Notes under the pieces: generated by a model
Seen by the model: only the letters and a program-made list of their open reading frames with translations
What the model was told of the DNA's origin: nothing
The model's database searches: none
Shown here: one piece after another, positions 63,679 to 64,000 of the stretch
How positions within the stretch are numbered: position 1 is the stretch's first letter
How the letters are laid out: every line of letters starts with the position of its first letter
DNA from: Clostridia bacterium
GTDB taxonomy: Bacteria; Bacillota; Peptococcia; DRI-13; SM3-B62
DNA: 64,000 nt
Assembly (NCBI GenBank): GCA_018432615.1
Contig: JAHDSQ010000006.1
Location: forward strand, 18,432-82,431
Reading direction: 5' to 3'
Translations under genes and position numbers: made by a program

Positions 63679-64000
63679 GTGTCCGAACATGATAAGACCG
63701 CGTTGATGCGGGGGTTGGTGGATAAACTGAATAAGTATTCTTACGAGTATTACACCCTTGATGCTCCAAGTATTACAGATGCCGAATATGATGCTTTGTA
63801 CGATAGGTTACGTGGATTGGAAAAAGAAACAGGCGTAATCCTTCCTGATTCGCCTACCCAGCGAATCGGCGATGTGGTTCTAAGCGAGTTTAGAAAGCAC
63901 CGTCACAAGACAAGATTATGGAGCTTAGATAAGGCCCAGGATTATACCGAACTGCAGGCTTGGGCGACAAGATTGGAAAGGACCAGGGAAAGTTACAACG
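63679..64000 (+). CDS. ligA: NAD-dependent DNA ligase, N-terminal 107 aa (3' end beyond window)
   Basis: GTG at 63679 follows a GAAGGGGG SD. My own translation is VSEHDKTALMRGLVDKLNKYSYEYYTLDAPSITDAEYDALYDRLRGLEKETGVILPDSPTQRIG..., the LigA Ia domain. The frame is open to the window end, and the pcrA-ligA order matches Bacillus. Confidence 0.88.
   Translation, partial: MSEHDKTALMRGLVDKLNKYSYEYYTLDAPSITDAEYDALYDRLRGLEKETGVILPDSPTQRIGDVVLSEFRKHRHKTRLWSLDKAQDYTELQAWATRLERTRESYN

Overview
This is a chromosomal window from a spore-forming anaerobic Firmicute, probably Clostridia and Peptococcaceae-like. Supporting this are cwlD, an alpha/beta SASP, TRAP, frequent GTG/TTG starts, strong GGAGG Shine-Dalgarno (SD) sites and rho-independent terminators. 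No database search was possible, so all calls rest on reading the translations and the DNA.

Most of the window is core metabolism in long co-directional operons:
- truA'-usp-rplM-rpsI-cwlD.
- A complete arginine operon, argCJBD-(M20 amidohydrolase)-argFGH, behind an ARG-box-like palindrome.
- dnaE, coaD, mtrB (TRAP) and pyk.
- yerC (TrpR-like) followed by hisZGDBHAFI.
- A complete methylaspartate-pathway glutamate fermentation cluster: glmS-glmL-glmE-mal, citDEF-like citramalate lyase and a two-subunit Fe-S fumarase-type mesaconase.
- pcrA-ligA'.

Unusual content:
1. An agrB-agrD peptide-signal cassette has no AgrC/AgrA. It sits next to a 6-TM GGDEF+HD-GYP protein.
2. A second HD-GYP gene and a c-di-GMP-I riboswitch with a terminator lie upstream of a secreted coiled-coil/CuAO-N-domain protein.
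3. A fused LigB/Memo-AMMECR1 gene is paired with its radical SAM partner.
4. Two tandem half-size (4-TM) TSUP/TauE genes sit side by side.
5. A strongly signalled 37-codon gene ending PCSCWGE sits beside palindrome arrays and a ZIP transporter.
6. The his operon 3' UTR carries two tandem 68-nt hairpin repeats with a compensatory base-pair change.
7. Directly after those repeats is an AT-rich island of three AAA+ ATPase genes. Each ends in a D...ExK nuclease-like motif, and palindromic operators lie in the island promoters.
8. The CitD-like acyl carrier subunit has Ala at the prosthetic-group Ser14 position.

No rRNA, CRISPR array, transposase or integrase was seen. One tRNA-Pro(CGG) is present.
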